From Candidatus Gastranaerophilales bacterium (GTDB taxonomy: Bacteria > Cyanobacteriota > Vampirovibrionia > Gastranaerophilales > Gastranaerophilaceae), in assembly GCA_944324445.1 (NCBI GenBank), contig CALUWL010000002.1, positions 7,868 to 71,867 of the forward strand: a stretch of 64,000 nucleotides of DNA, given 5' to 3'. The position numbers and the translations under genes are program-made. The notes under the pieces were generated by a model. The model ran no database searches. It was not told the DNA's origin and saw only the letters and a program-made list of their open reading frames with translations. Below are positions 34,330 to 42,289 of this stretch, piece by piece. Every line of letters begins with the position of its first letter. Positions within the stretch are counted from its first letter, which is position 1.

Positions 34330-35892
34330 TTATTCCATTTCAGTAACACAGCGAACAGACCCGCTTACACTATTTACTACCGAACCTTCGCTCCATAGCC
34401 CTTGTCCAATAGAATAAGCTCTTGCTATCAACTCGTTAGACTCGCCTGCATACCAGACATATCTTGCTAAACAAATATCTTTATTTGCCCCTTTGCAATA
34501 TATAGGGTCATTACACAATGTTACATAATCTGCATTGTCAGAACTACACAACATAAGTCCATTATTTCCTAAACTGAAAGTTAAATATGCCCAATTTTCA
34601 GCTTCAATTTTTGTTGCTAATCTCCAAGCTTTTCCTGCATAATTAAATTTAGCGCAAATTTCCTCTGCTGCGCTATAATTACACACTGTTCTTGTGCAAC
34701 CATCGTAACTTCCGTTATTTGAATTACAATTAGAGCTTGTAGTCCCCTTCCAACAACATTTGGCGGATTGAGAGTAACAATATTCGCCGCCTGCTTTAAC
34801 AACAGTTACAGTCGAAGGAATAGTTAAAGTATTGCTATCACCCATATTCAATCTTGTTACACAAAGATTGCCTATTTTCATAAAATTACTGTCAGAACAA
34901 TTGAATTTATTATCATCACCTATACAACTATTTTTGTCTTCAGATAAATGGTATCCTTGATTACAACTCAAGCACGAACCGTCTGCGCCACATTGAGCAC
35001 AATTATTGATGGAGCAAATAGAACAACCTTTTGAGCTATTTACATAATATCCTTTTTTACAATATAAACAAGTTGTTTTATCGGAACAATTTGTGCAATT
35101 AGGAATTTCCGAACAAGGAGAGCATTTGTTTGACGAATTTATATAAAAACCACTGTAGCACCTTGTACAAGTATTAGCATCAGAACAATAATAGCAATTT
35201 TCTATAGCACTATAACAATAGCGAGTACATGAATGAGTAGTTGTATCCATAATCATATATGAACTACATGTAAGGCAATATGAACTATCCTGACACTTCC
35301 TGCAATGCGCTGCACAAGGTTTACAATCCTTATTAGAAATATAATAACCGCTTTGGCAGCTTATACAACCAGAAGAATTACATGTTGAACAATAACTTGA
35401 GTATTTATCACTACATTTTCTTATGTTATTTCCATCGCAAAAATACCCATTGGGGGGATTAGTGCAATAGCTTTCATCATAGGCATTTATTCCATCACAG
35501 ATTTTATTAGTAGGACAATTTTCACATTTGCCGTTATTAATGTAGTAGTTATTATCTTTGCACTTTGTACATTTAGTGCTATCACATTCTGAACAGTTAG
35601 AATGTAGAGTTGAACAATCCTTACAAGAACAGTTTTTATTTTCTGCATATTGTCCTATAGGACATGTAGATAGTTCACATTGAATACAATATGATTTAGT
35701 ACATAGTTTACAATTTGATGAAAATTTATCTGTGCATTCTGTTGTTATATCTGATACATTATTTCCCCCTATTGTAACGTTAGAATTTTTCATTTTTTTA
35801 GTTATAACAGGAGTAAATGCTGCAACAATGCATGATATTGTAATTAAACTAATCATTAGTTCGATTAGAGAAAAGGCTAAAATCTTTTTCAT
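34330..35892 (-). CDS. Type IV prepilin-like N-terminus fused to furin/VSP-like CXXC cysteine-rich repeats and a DUF1566-like C-terminal domain
   Basis: MKKILA/FSLIELMISLITIS has Glu at +5 and a hydrophobic helix. Repeats of the type C-x2-C-x(5-8)-C-x2-C-x2-G[YF]Y[IV]N-x(4-5)-C-x2-C follow. By hand I counted 63 Cys in 520 aa. The C-terminus (GKAWRLATKIEAENW ... SVRCV) resembles DUF1566/Fib_succ-type domains. Confidence 0.7.
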   Translation of the reverse strand: MKKILAFSLIELMISLITISCIVAAFTPVITKKMKNSNVTIGGNNVSDITTECTDKFSSNCKLCTKSYCIQCELSTCPIGQYAENKNCSCKDCSTLHSNCSECDSTKCTKCKDNNYYINNGKCENCPTNKICDGINAYDESYCTNPPNGYFCDGNNIRKCSDKYSSYCSTCNSSGCISCQSGYYISNKDCKPCAAHCRKCQDSSYCLTCSSYMIMDTTTHSCTRYCYSAIENCYYCSDANTCTRCYSGFYINSSNKCSPCSEIPNCTNCSDKTTCLYCKKGYYVNSSKGCSICSINNCAQCGADGSCLSCNQGYHLSEDKNSCIGDDNKFNCSDSNFMKIGNLCVTRLNMGDSNTLTIPSTVTVVKAGGEYCYSQSAKCCWKGTTSSNCNSNNGSYDGCTRTVCNYSAAEEICAKFNYAGKAWRLATKIEAENWAYLTFSLGNNGLMLCSSDNADYVTLCNDPIYCKGANKDICLARYVWYAGESNELIARAYSIGQGLWSEGSVVNSVSGSVRCVTEME

Positions 35893-35933
35893 GTTTATTT
35901 CCGAAATATTAAACTATTCATTAATTTTTAATA

Positions 35934-35993
35934 TAAATTTATTATCTATAATAAATATTATTATTACTAATAATAAATTTAAAGATAAATTTA
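35934..35993. promoter_or_regulatory. Three copies of the palindromic octamer TAAATTTA in the XRE / pilin-like divergent region
   Basis: TAAATTTA at 35934-35941, 35974-35981 and 35986-35993. Each copy is preceded by A, giving the 9-mer ATAAATTTA. Confidence 0.3.
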
Positions 35994-36005
35994 GTCAACA
36001 AGTTA

Positions 36006-36034
36006 TTATAAAATTCGCGCAAAGTTTCTAAAAT
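36006..36034 (+). promoter_or_regulatory. Candidate promoter of the XRE gene (TTATAA-17 nt-TAAAAT)
   Basis: TTATAA at 36006-36011 and TAAAAT at 36029-36034. GAGG at 36041-36044 precedes ATG 36049. Confidence 0.35.
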
Positions 36035-36048
36035 GTAGATGAGGTTAT

Positions 36049-36369
36049 ATGAAAAACATAAAAACTTTGCTCGGTCTAAGAATAAGAGAAATAAGAAAAC
36101 AAAATAAACTAACTCAAGAACAACTGGCAGAAAAAATAGGAATTGAAATCCCCAGTTTAAGCAATATAGAAAATGGGAAAAACTATCCAAATTCAGAAAC
36201 CATAGAAAAAATAGCAAACGGTCTGAATATTCCTATTTTTAAGCTTTTTATCTTTGAGCACCTTAAAGAACCGGACAGCAAAAAAATGCTGCAAGAAATT
36301 AATTTGGTTCTTGAAAAAAATCCAAAACTGCTAAAAACAATCTATACAATTACAATGAATTTAAAATAA
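36049..36369 (+). CDS. XRE-family helix-turn-helix transcriptional regulator
   Basis: LGLRIREIRKQNKLTQEQLAEKIGIEIPSLSNIENGKNYP is a canonical Cro/C1-type HTH. Confidence 0.85.
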   Translation: MKNIKTLLGLRIREIRKQNKLTQEQLAEKIGIEIPSLSNIENGKNYPNSETIEKIANGLNIPIFKLFIFEHLKEPDSKKMLQEINLVLEKNPKLLKTIYTITMNLK

Positions 36370-37824
36370 TTATTCTCTTATAACTTCAATTTTTTCGTAA
36401 CTGAAAAGATATGGCAAATGTTCTTTTTTAATTATTTCCCCGGGAAGCAACACAGAAATCCCCGGAGGACAAAGAGCAACAACTTCAGATGAAATTCTTC
36501 CTATTGCATCGTTTTTATTGATATATTCTTTCGGAGCAAAATACGCCTCTCTTAAATTCATAACAATTTCAGGGTCAATCAATGGCATGATTTTATTATT
36601 CATTTGTTTTTTAGAATATTCATTTTTTGAAATTTCCTTAAAACAATTAATCAAATATTCAAATTCTTCTCTGGTATTTCCGATGTTTGAAAGAATTAAA
36701 ATCCCTTCATCTGACGCGGATTCAACCTCTATTTTATAATCATGTTCAAGTATATATTCAAGTTCAACCCCGCTTAATCCGTCAACCTTAAGAAAAATCT
36801 TTGTTATATCCAAATTATTTTCACTAAAAACATGTAATTTGTCTATTGATTTTGCTTCGGACCTAAAATATAAAGCATTTTCAATTGCACTATCCAACAT
36901 CTTTCTACCGCTTGATGATTGAAGATTGGCTCTTGCTGCATCTAAACTTGCAAGTAATAAAAGACTGGGGCTCGTTGTATGGAGCAATTTGAGAGCATGT
37001 GTTATTTTTTCATCTTCAAATTTAGAATGTTTTGAAATATGAAGCATGGATGATTGCGTCATAGCGCCGCCGGTTTTATGAAGAGAATGGACAACAGCAT
37101 CAGCTCCAAGTTCAAGAGCTGTTTTAGGAAGTTTCGAATTAAAATTCCACAAGCAGCCATGAGCCTCATCAACAATAAGAGCTGCTTTATAGTATTTACA
37201 TATTTCAGCTATTTTTTTAATATCAGATACAACGCCTTCATAAGTAGGATTTGTAATCCATACAAGCTTAATATTTCTGTTATTTTTTAATTTTTGTTCA
37301 ACATCAGCCGCTTCAATATTTCCAAAAAGCGCCCAATCTTTAAGCTTTTTAGGTATTACCCAATTAACCTTAGCACCTGAAATAATTAACCCTGTTAAAA
37401 CCGACCTATGGCAATTTCTGCCTATTAAAACCTCATCAAAAGGGCTTGTATATGCAAAAGCCAATGCTAAATTAGCAATAGTAGAACCACCAGTTACAAA
37501 ATAAGTTCTTCTTGCTCCAAAAGCCTGAGCAGCAAGTACTTGAGCTTTTTCAATCGCTCCTGTTGCAGGATGCAATGTACCCAAATTATCAAACTCATCT
37601 GTTGTATCAATTGCTAAAACGTCTTGTCCAACCAAATTACAAAAATCAGGCAAAACACCGCTGCCTCTATTATGCCCCGGTATGTGAAAACCAGTCATAG
37701 GAGCTTTTTTATAATTCGACATAGCTTCAACCAATGGAGCAGAAGGAGTTTTTTCGAATTTCTCCAAAATATTTTCCTTAATTGAAGCAAATGAAATTTT
37801 ATTATTTTCAACAATATCTGTCAT
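36370..37824 (-). CDS. PLP-dependent Orn/Lys/Arg decarboxylase (fold type I)
   Basis: PLP-lysine motif VVHSLHKTGGAMTQSS and the N-terminal GFHIPGHNRG motif. Confidence 0.8.
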   Translation of the reverse strand: MTDIVENNKISFASIKENILEKFEKTPSAPLVEAMSNYKKAPMTGFHIPGHNRGSGVLPDFCNLVGQDVLAIDTTDEFDNLGTLHPATGAIEKAQVLAAQAFGARRTYFVTGGSTIANLALAFAYTSPFDEVLIGRNCHRSVLTGLIISGAKVNWVIPKKLKDWALFGNIEAADVEQKLKNNRNIKLVWITNPTYEGVVSDIKKIAEICKYYKAALIVDEAHGCLWNFNSKLPKTALELGADAVVHSLHKTGGAMTQSSMLHISKHSKFEDEKITHALKLLHTTSPSLLLLASLDAARANLQSSSGRKMLDSAIENALYFRSEAKSIDKLHVFSENNLDITKIFLKVDGLSGVELEYILEHDYKIEVESASDEGILILSNIGNTREEFEYLINCFKEISKNEYSKKQMNNKIMPLIDPEIVMNLREAYFAPKEYINKNDAIGRISSEVVALCPPGISVLLPGEIIKKEHLPYLFSYEKIEVIRE

Positions 37825-37853
37825 AAGAAATATTATTACACATAAATAAATTC

Positions 37854-38528
37854 TTACAAAAGATTTAAAAATTTATGTACCTGAGGAATTAAACGAATGT
37901 TTTTATAATTTTTATAAAATTTATCAAATATTTCTTCAATATTCAATTTTTCCGACATAGGCATTTTAGGCTGCAAAATAATTAAATTATTGTTTTTTTT
38001 AGCAAGTTTAATGCAAGAAATTATTTCATCATCAGCAATATTATTATCAAAAACAACCTTGATAAAAGCTTCTTTTTTATTTGCAATTTCTAAAAATTTT
38101 TCATTGTCATCAAACCTGTTTTTTTCATCTGTAGCACTTTTTAATTTTATATCCATAGATACAACATCAACAAAATCAATTATTTTCGATAATTCACAAG
38201 GCAAAGTGCCATTTGTTTCAAGATAAATTTTTTTGTTTAATTTATCTTTATATTTTTCTAAAAAACTCAAAAGGAAATCAACCTCAACAAGAGGTTCTCC
38301 GCCTGTAAAACTTATAGTATCAGCTTTTTTATTTAAAAGCAGATTAAAAAGTTCTATTTCATCATATTCATTGGCATTTTCAAAAGAAAAATCAGTATCG
38401 CAAAATTTGCAAGCTAAATTACACTTGCAAAACCTGACAAATATTTGCTTCTCGCCAACATAAGGGCCTTCTCCTTGGATTGATGTAAAAATTTCTTTAA
38501 TTTTAACTTTTTTAACAGTATTTTGCAT
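37854..38528 (-). CDS. queE: 7-carboxy-7-deazaguanine synthase (radical SAM)
   Basis: IFTSIQGEGPYVGEKQIFVRFCKCNLACKFCDT matches the QueE N-terminus and cluster motif. Confidence 0.8.
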   Translation of the reverse strand: MQNTVKKVKIKEIFTSIQGEGPYVGEKQIFVRFCKCNLACKFCDTDFSFENANEYDEIELFNLLLNKKADTISFTGGEPLVEVDFLLSFLEKYKDKLNKKIYLETNGTLPCELSKIIDFVDVVSMDIKLKSATDEKNRFDDNEKFLEIANKKEAFIKVVFDNNIADDEIISCIKLAKKNNNLIILQPKMPMSEKLNIEEIFDKFYKNYKNIRLIPQVHKFLNLL

Positions 38529-39432
38529 CTTTTTTCAAATTTAGTTCATTTAATTTTTTATATAATTCCATTTCCTCATCGGTTATCTTTGTTGGTATCT
38601 GAATTAAAATTTTAACTATTTCATCACCTTTTTTATTTGTTTTTTCATTTAACACACCGACATCAACAAGTTTAAAACTTTGGTTTGCTTTTGTCAAAGG
38701 CGGAATTTTAATAACCGCTTCGCCCCATAGGGTAGGAACGGATATATTTCCACCCAAAATTGCGGTATAAGGCGTAATTTCAGCTGTATATTTTACAATA
38801 CCATCTTCAATTTTTAATTCATCATTTTTTTCTACATGAACAATTACATACAAATTACCGTTTTTCCCGCCATTTAAACCAAATTGTCCTTCGCCTTTAA
38901 TTCTCAAACGTGTTTTATCCTTAATAGAAGGCGGGATTTTCACTGTAATTTTTCTTTTTAAAACCTTTTCTCCGGCTCCATCGCAATATGAACATTTATT
39001 TCCGTTAACAAATTTATGCCCCGAACACTTAGGGCACACCATAGAGCGAGCAATGTTAACCACTCTATATGTGCCTAGGTATGCTTCACTAAAATCAATA
39101 TCAACATTTACTGTAATATCATCACCGTCTTTTGCTATAGGAGTTTTTGGCTTTTCCTTTTTTGTCTTAAATAAATCCGAAAAAGTATAGTTGCTTGAAT
39201 TATTACAATAATTTGTTTTATTTACAGAACGTAATTTATCATAGTTTTTTCTTTTTTCATCATCAAGTAATATTTCTGCAGCTTTATTTATCTCTTTAAA
39301 AATTTTTTCAGCTTCCTGCGATGAATTTACATCAGGATGATAAATTCTAACCAATTTTCTAAATTGTATTTTAATTTCAGCCTTTGTAGCACTAGGATTA
39401 ACGTTTAAAATATCATAATAACTTTTTAGCAT
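38512..39432 (-). CDS. DnaJ-family co-chaperone lacking a G/F region, with a single CxxCxG...CxxCxGxG zinc centre
   Basis: J-domain YYDILNVNPSATKAEIKIQFRKLVRIYHPDVN. The zinc-centre segment is CPKCSGHKFVNGNKCSYCDGAG. A DnaJ C-terminal beta domain follows. Confidence 0.75.
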   Translation of the reverse strand: MLKSYYDILNVNPSATKAEIKIQFRKLVRIYHPDVNSSQEAEKIFKEINKAAEILLDDEKRKNYDKLRSVNKTNYCNNSSNYTFSDLFKTKKEKPKTPIAKDGDDITVNVDIDFSEAYLGTYRVVNIARSMVCPKCSGHKFVNGNKCSYCDGAGEKVLKRKITVKIPPSIKDKTRLRIKGEGQFGLNGGKNGNLYVIVHVEKNDELKIEDGIVKYTAEITPYTAILGGNISVPTLWGEAVIKIPPLTKANQSFKLVDVGVLNEKTNKKGDEIVKILIQIPTKITDEEMELYKKLNELNLKKDAKYC

Positions 39433-39524
39433 ATATACAAATTAATGATTTTTTCAAAAAAATCCAATCTCATATTTTATTAAACAAATAAGCAATATTT
39501 TTTATTTAGAAGTATTATTTTAAT

Positions 39525-40220
39525 GTGATAGAAAATTCAAAAAAACTTATAGATAAAATACTTCTTAAGCTCGGTAAATCAAACGACTCAGAAATTGTTA
39601 CCGCAAGTCTTGCAGCGTTCAAATTAATTTTTATACCGATTGCAACTATGATGGATAAAAAAACATCCGAAAAACAAAAGAAATACGCACTGAAACGTGA
39701 TTTCATAACAGAAAGCGTTGCTCTTGCAGGATACATAGGAATAACCGGAACCATTAAAAATAACTTAACCGCTCCTGTTTGTTCAAAATATTACAAAGAA
39801 AAAGCAAAAGAACTGACAAAAAATTGCAAACTGGATATAAACAGCGACGATTATAAATTTCTAACAAATATAAATCCAAAAACCATTAAAAAAAGCATAA
39901 AAGAAACAACTCTCAACACAGATGAAAAGAACTATATAAAACAACTTGAAAATTTAGCCAAAAAATTATCACTGCAAAATCCGAAAGATTTATATTTGGG
40001 CACTAAAAAAACAATATCTCATATTTGCGTGTGCGCACTTGCCTTAACAATTATACCAATGATAACAAACAAAATAATAGAAATATATTCAAATAGAGAC
40101 AATAAAGAAGAAACAGATATTAACTCTCAACAAAAACAATATACAATGATAAAACCCACAAATATTACAAACTTTGCAAAGAGCGCTAGAATTGGAGGCT
40201 TAAATGTCCTTAATTATTAA
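39525..40220 (+). CDS. Hypothetical membrane protein (family member A). Start codon uncertain (GTG)
   Basis: Shares the IPIATMMDKKTSEKQKKYALKRDFITESVALAGYIG and LTIIPMITNKIIEIY segments with the next ORF. Confidence 0.55.
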   Translation: MIENSKKLIDKILLKLGKSNDSEIVTASLAAFKLIFIPIATMMDKKTSEKQKKYALKRDFITESVALAGYIGITGTIKNNLTAPVCSKYYKEKAKELTKNCKLDINSDDYKFLTNINPKTIKKSIKETTLNTDEKNYIKQLENLAKKLSLQNPKDLYLGTKKTISHICVCALALTIIPMITNKIIEIYSNRDNKEETDINSQQKQYTMIKPTNITNFAKSARIGGLNVLNY

Positions 40221-40698
40221 TGCTCTTACTAGTACAAATGCTGCTAATTTTGTACAAAATTCAACCGCACAAGTCTTGTCTGAAGGATGCTTAAAAGCAA
40301 TCGGCAGACCGGTTTTTACTTTAGCAGATAAAACAGCAGAAGAAAACGAAAAAAAATACAGCGCAACAAAAGAATTTTTATATCAATCGCTTTCTATGAT
40401 GGCATATTTCGGACTGATTTTTCCCTTCAAAAACATTGATTACAAATTTTTAAAATTTTTCAAACCACTTAAAGATACAGATATCGCAAAAGCAAAATCA
40501 AAAACAGAATTTAATGAAATATTTAAAAATTTACCCGAAGGCGAATTAAAAACAAAAGTAAAAGGTGCAAGAGAACTAACCGCAATTATTGCATCGGGCG
40601 TAATTTTAACAATAATAACTCCGCAAATAGTTAATAAAATAATTCATCCTCTGATGAATAAAGATAAAAACGAAAATAAATTAGATAAAAAAATATAA
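40204..40698 (+). CDS. Hypothetical membrane protein (family member B), tandem paralog of 39525..40220
   Basis: GGAGG lies 5 nt upstream of the ATG, inside the end of the previous ORF. RPVFTLADKTAEENEKKYSATKEFLYQSLSMMAYFG and LTIITPQIVNKIIHPL align with member A. Confidence 0.6.
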   Translation: MSLIINALTSTNAANFVQNSTAQVLSEGCLKAIGRPVFTLADKTAEENEKKYSATKEFLYQSLSMMAYFGLIFPFKNIDYKFLKFFKPLKDTDIAKAKSKTEFNEIFKNLPEGELKTKVKGARELTAIIASGVILTIITPQIVNKIIHPLMNKDKNENKLDKKI

Positions 40699-40702
40699 AA
40701 TC

Positions 40703-40711
40703 TGATAAAAT
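40703..40711 (+). promoter_or_regulatory. Extended -10 element TGaTAAAAT upstream of the tRNA
   Basis: TG at 40703-40704 and TAAAAT at 40706-40711. The predicted TSS is about 10 nt before the mature tRNA 5' end. Confidence 0.35.
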
Positions 40712-40727
40712 AAAGTTATTACTATAT

Positions 40728-40801
40728 GCGCCCATAGCTTAATTGAATAAAGCATTGGTCTCCGAAGCCAAAGAGTGTGGGTTTGAATCCCATTGGGCGC
40801 A
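40728..40801 (+). tRNA. tRNA-Arg (anticodon CCG)
   Basis: Hand-folded cloverleaf. The acceptor stem is GCGCCCA/TGGGCGC and the D stem is GCTT/AAGC. The anticodon stem is TTGGT/GCCAA with loop CTCCGAA (CCG at 40762-40764). The T arm is GTGGG-TTTGAAT-CCCAT. The discriminator is A, and CCA is not encoded. Confidence 0.85.
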
Positions 40802-40810
40802 AATAAAATT

Positions 40811-40838
40811 AAAAGCACCTTTTAAAAAGGTGCTTTTT
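40811..40838. terminator. Bidirectional rho-independent terminator between the tRNA and flgE
   Basis: AAAA-GCACCTTT-TAA-AAAGGTGC-TTTTT. Confidence 0.7.
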
Positions 40839-40872
40839 GATATCAAGACAATAAAGAGAATATTTAAAAATA

Positions 40873-42270
40873 CTATTGACCGAGGTAAACAAGCGTTTCA
40901 AGCATACTGTTTGCACTAGAGAATACTTGAGAATTAGCCTGAACCAATCTTTGAGCTAAAATCATATTTGAAAATTGCTGAGCAAGGTCAACATTAGAAG
41001 ATTCTAAAGCTCCTGTTACAACACCGCCGACACCATTTACATTTGCCGCAGTATATAAAACATCACCGCAATTTACGCCAATTTCATATTGGTTATTGCC
41101 GGCAGCAACAAGCCCGCCATTATTGGTTACCTTCGCCATTTGTAACTGCATGTTGGCCTTTTCTAATACATTTGGATCAACATACAATGAAGCATTTCCT
41201 GAATTTTGGATATCATCATTGATTATAATTCCATTTGCATCTGTATATGAAAAATATGTTGAACCGTCATCATTTGATTTAATCGAAAGCTGTGAACCAT
41301 CTTCATAAGTAACAGTCATAAGCCCGTCTTTACCAACAGAAAAACTTTCATAATTTTTTGTTGACTCAGAAGTAATATCATCAACTTGACCAATTGTAGC
41401 AGATACATTCATTAATTTTGTAGTATAAGCTCCATCTACCAGAGGCATGGAAGCTAAATTCGTTGCTGCAACAAAATTTGAACCGCCATCTTTTTCATCT
41501 ATAGTTTCAAATTTTAAAGAAGTAACTGCACCCTGTGGTTCAAAAGATATAGCACCATCCACTACACTTGCAGTATATTTTCCATTTGCAACAGCATTTA
41601 TAGCAGCAACTATATCATTTACGGTTTTATTTGAAGTGTCGCCAAGATCAACTTCAATCTCACTATCTACACCGCCTTCATTAGCAATAATTTTAAATTT
41701 TCCGCCAGTAATTCCATTAAATGTACTTCCAAGTCCATTTAAATCAGAAGAAAACATTTGACCGAACATAGCAGCAGGAGTACCGTTTTCAGTTACTTTT
41801 ATTGAAGTTGGAATTTTAATCGGAGTAGTAGAACGATTCAAAGAAACATTTTGATCCATACCCAAAACTTTAGAACCATTGGCAGTACACAAATATCCGT
41901 TTTCATCTAAAGTAAAAGATCCGTCTCTTGTTAACAATACTTTTCCATCTGAATCTAAAACAGTGAACCAGCCGTCGCCGGTGATTGCCATATCCTCTGC
42001 TCTACCTGTTGTATTGGTACTTGCTGCACCGAAATCTTTAGTAATTGCAGCACATTGAACACCTACACCAATCTGATAAGGATTTGTTCCGCCGGAATTT
42101 CTTGTTGAACTTGTTCCGGTTGAATTTGTTTGATACCAAATATCCTGAAAATCAACACGTGAAGTTTTATATGCAGTTGTGTTCATATTTGCAACGTTAT
42201 CTGAAACGACAGTTAATTGTTGCGTGCCTGCATTAAGACCTGTCATGGACGTAAATAATGCTTGTGTCAT
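40873..42270 (-). CDS. flgE: Flagellar hook protein FlgE
   Basis: The N-terminus ALFTSMTGLNAGTQQLTVVSDNVANMNTTAYK and the C-terminus LESSNVDLAQQFSNMILAQRLVQANSQV are conserved rod/hook signatures. Confidence 0.9.
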   Translation of the reverse strand: MTQALFTSMTGLNAGTQQLTVVSDNVANMNTTAYKTSRVDFQDIWYQTNSTGTSSTRNSGGTNPYQIGVGVQCAAITKDFGAASTNTTGRAEDMAITGDGWFTVLDSDGKVLLTRDGSFTLDENGYLCTANGSKVLGMDQNVSLNRSTTPIKIPTSIKVTENGTPAAMFGQMFSSDLNGLGSTFNGITGGKFKIIANEGGVDSEIEVDLGDTSNKTVNDIVAAINAVANGKYTASVVDGAISFEPQGAVTSLKFETIDEKDGGSNFVAATNLASMPLVDGAYTTKLMNVSATIGQVDDITSESTKNYESFSVGKDGLMTVTYEDGSQLSIKSNDDGSTYFSYTDANGIIINDDIQNSGNASLYVDPNVLEKANMQLQMAKVTNNGGLVAAGNNQYEIGVNCGDVLYTAANVNGVGGVVTGALESSNVDLAQQFSNMILAQRLVQANSQVFSSANSMLETLVYLGQ

Positions 42271-42289
42271 TTAATTTGTTTTCCTTTCT

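Noticed and set aside
35732-36217. ORFs of 99 aa (+) and 91 aa (-) spanning the pilin-like / XRE intergenic region
   Set aside because: They run through the extremely AT-rich promoter region and overlap the real genes on both sides. Their translations are I/F/L/N-rich low-complexity sequence.
40711-40737. Sigma-28-like match TAAAGTTA-N11-GCCCATAG
   Set aside because: The -10 part is the 5' acceptor stem and D-arm of the tRNA-Arg, so a TSS would fall inside the mature tRNA. The extended -10 at 40703-40711 is a better tRNA promoter candidate.
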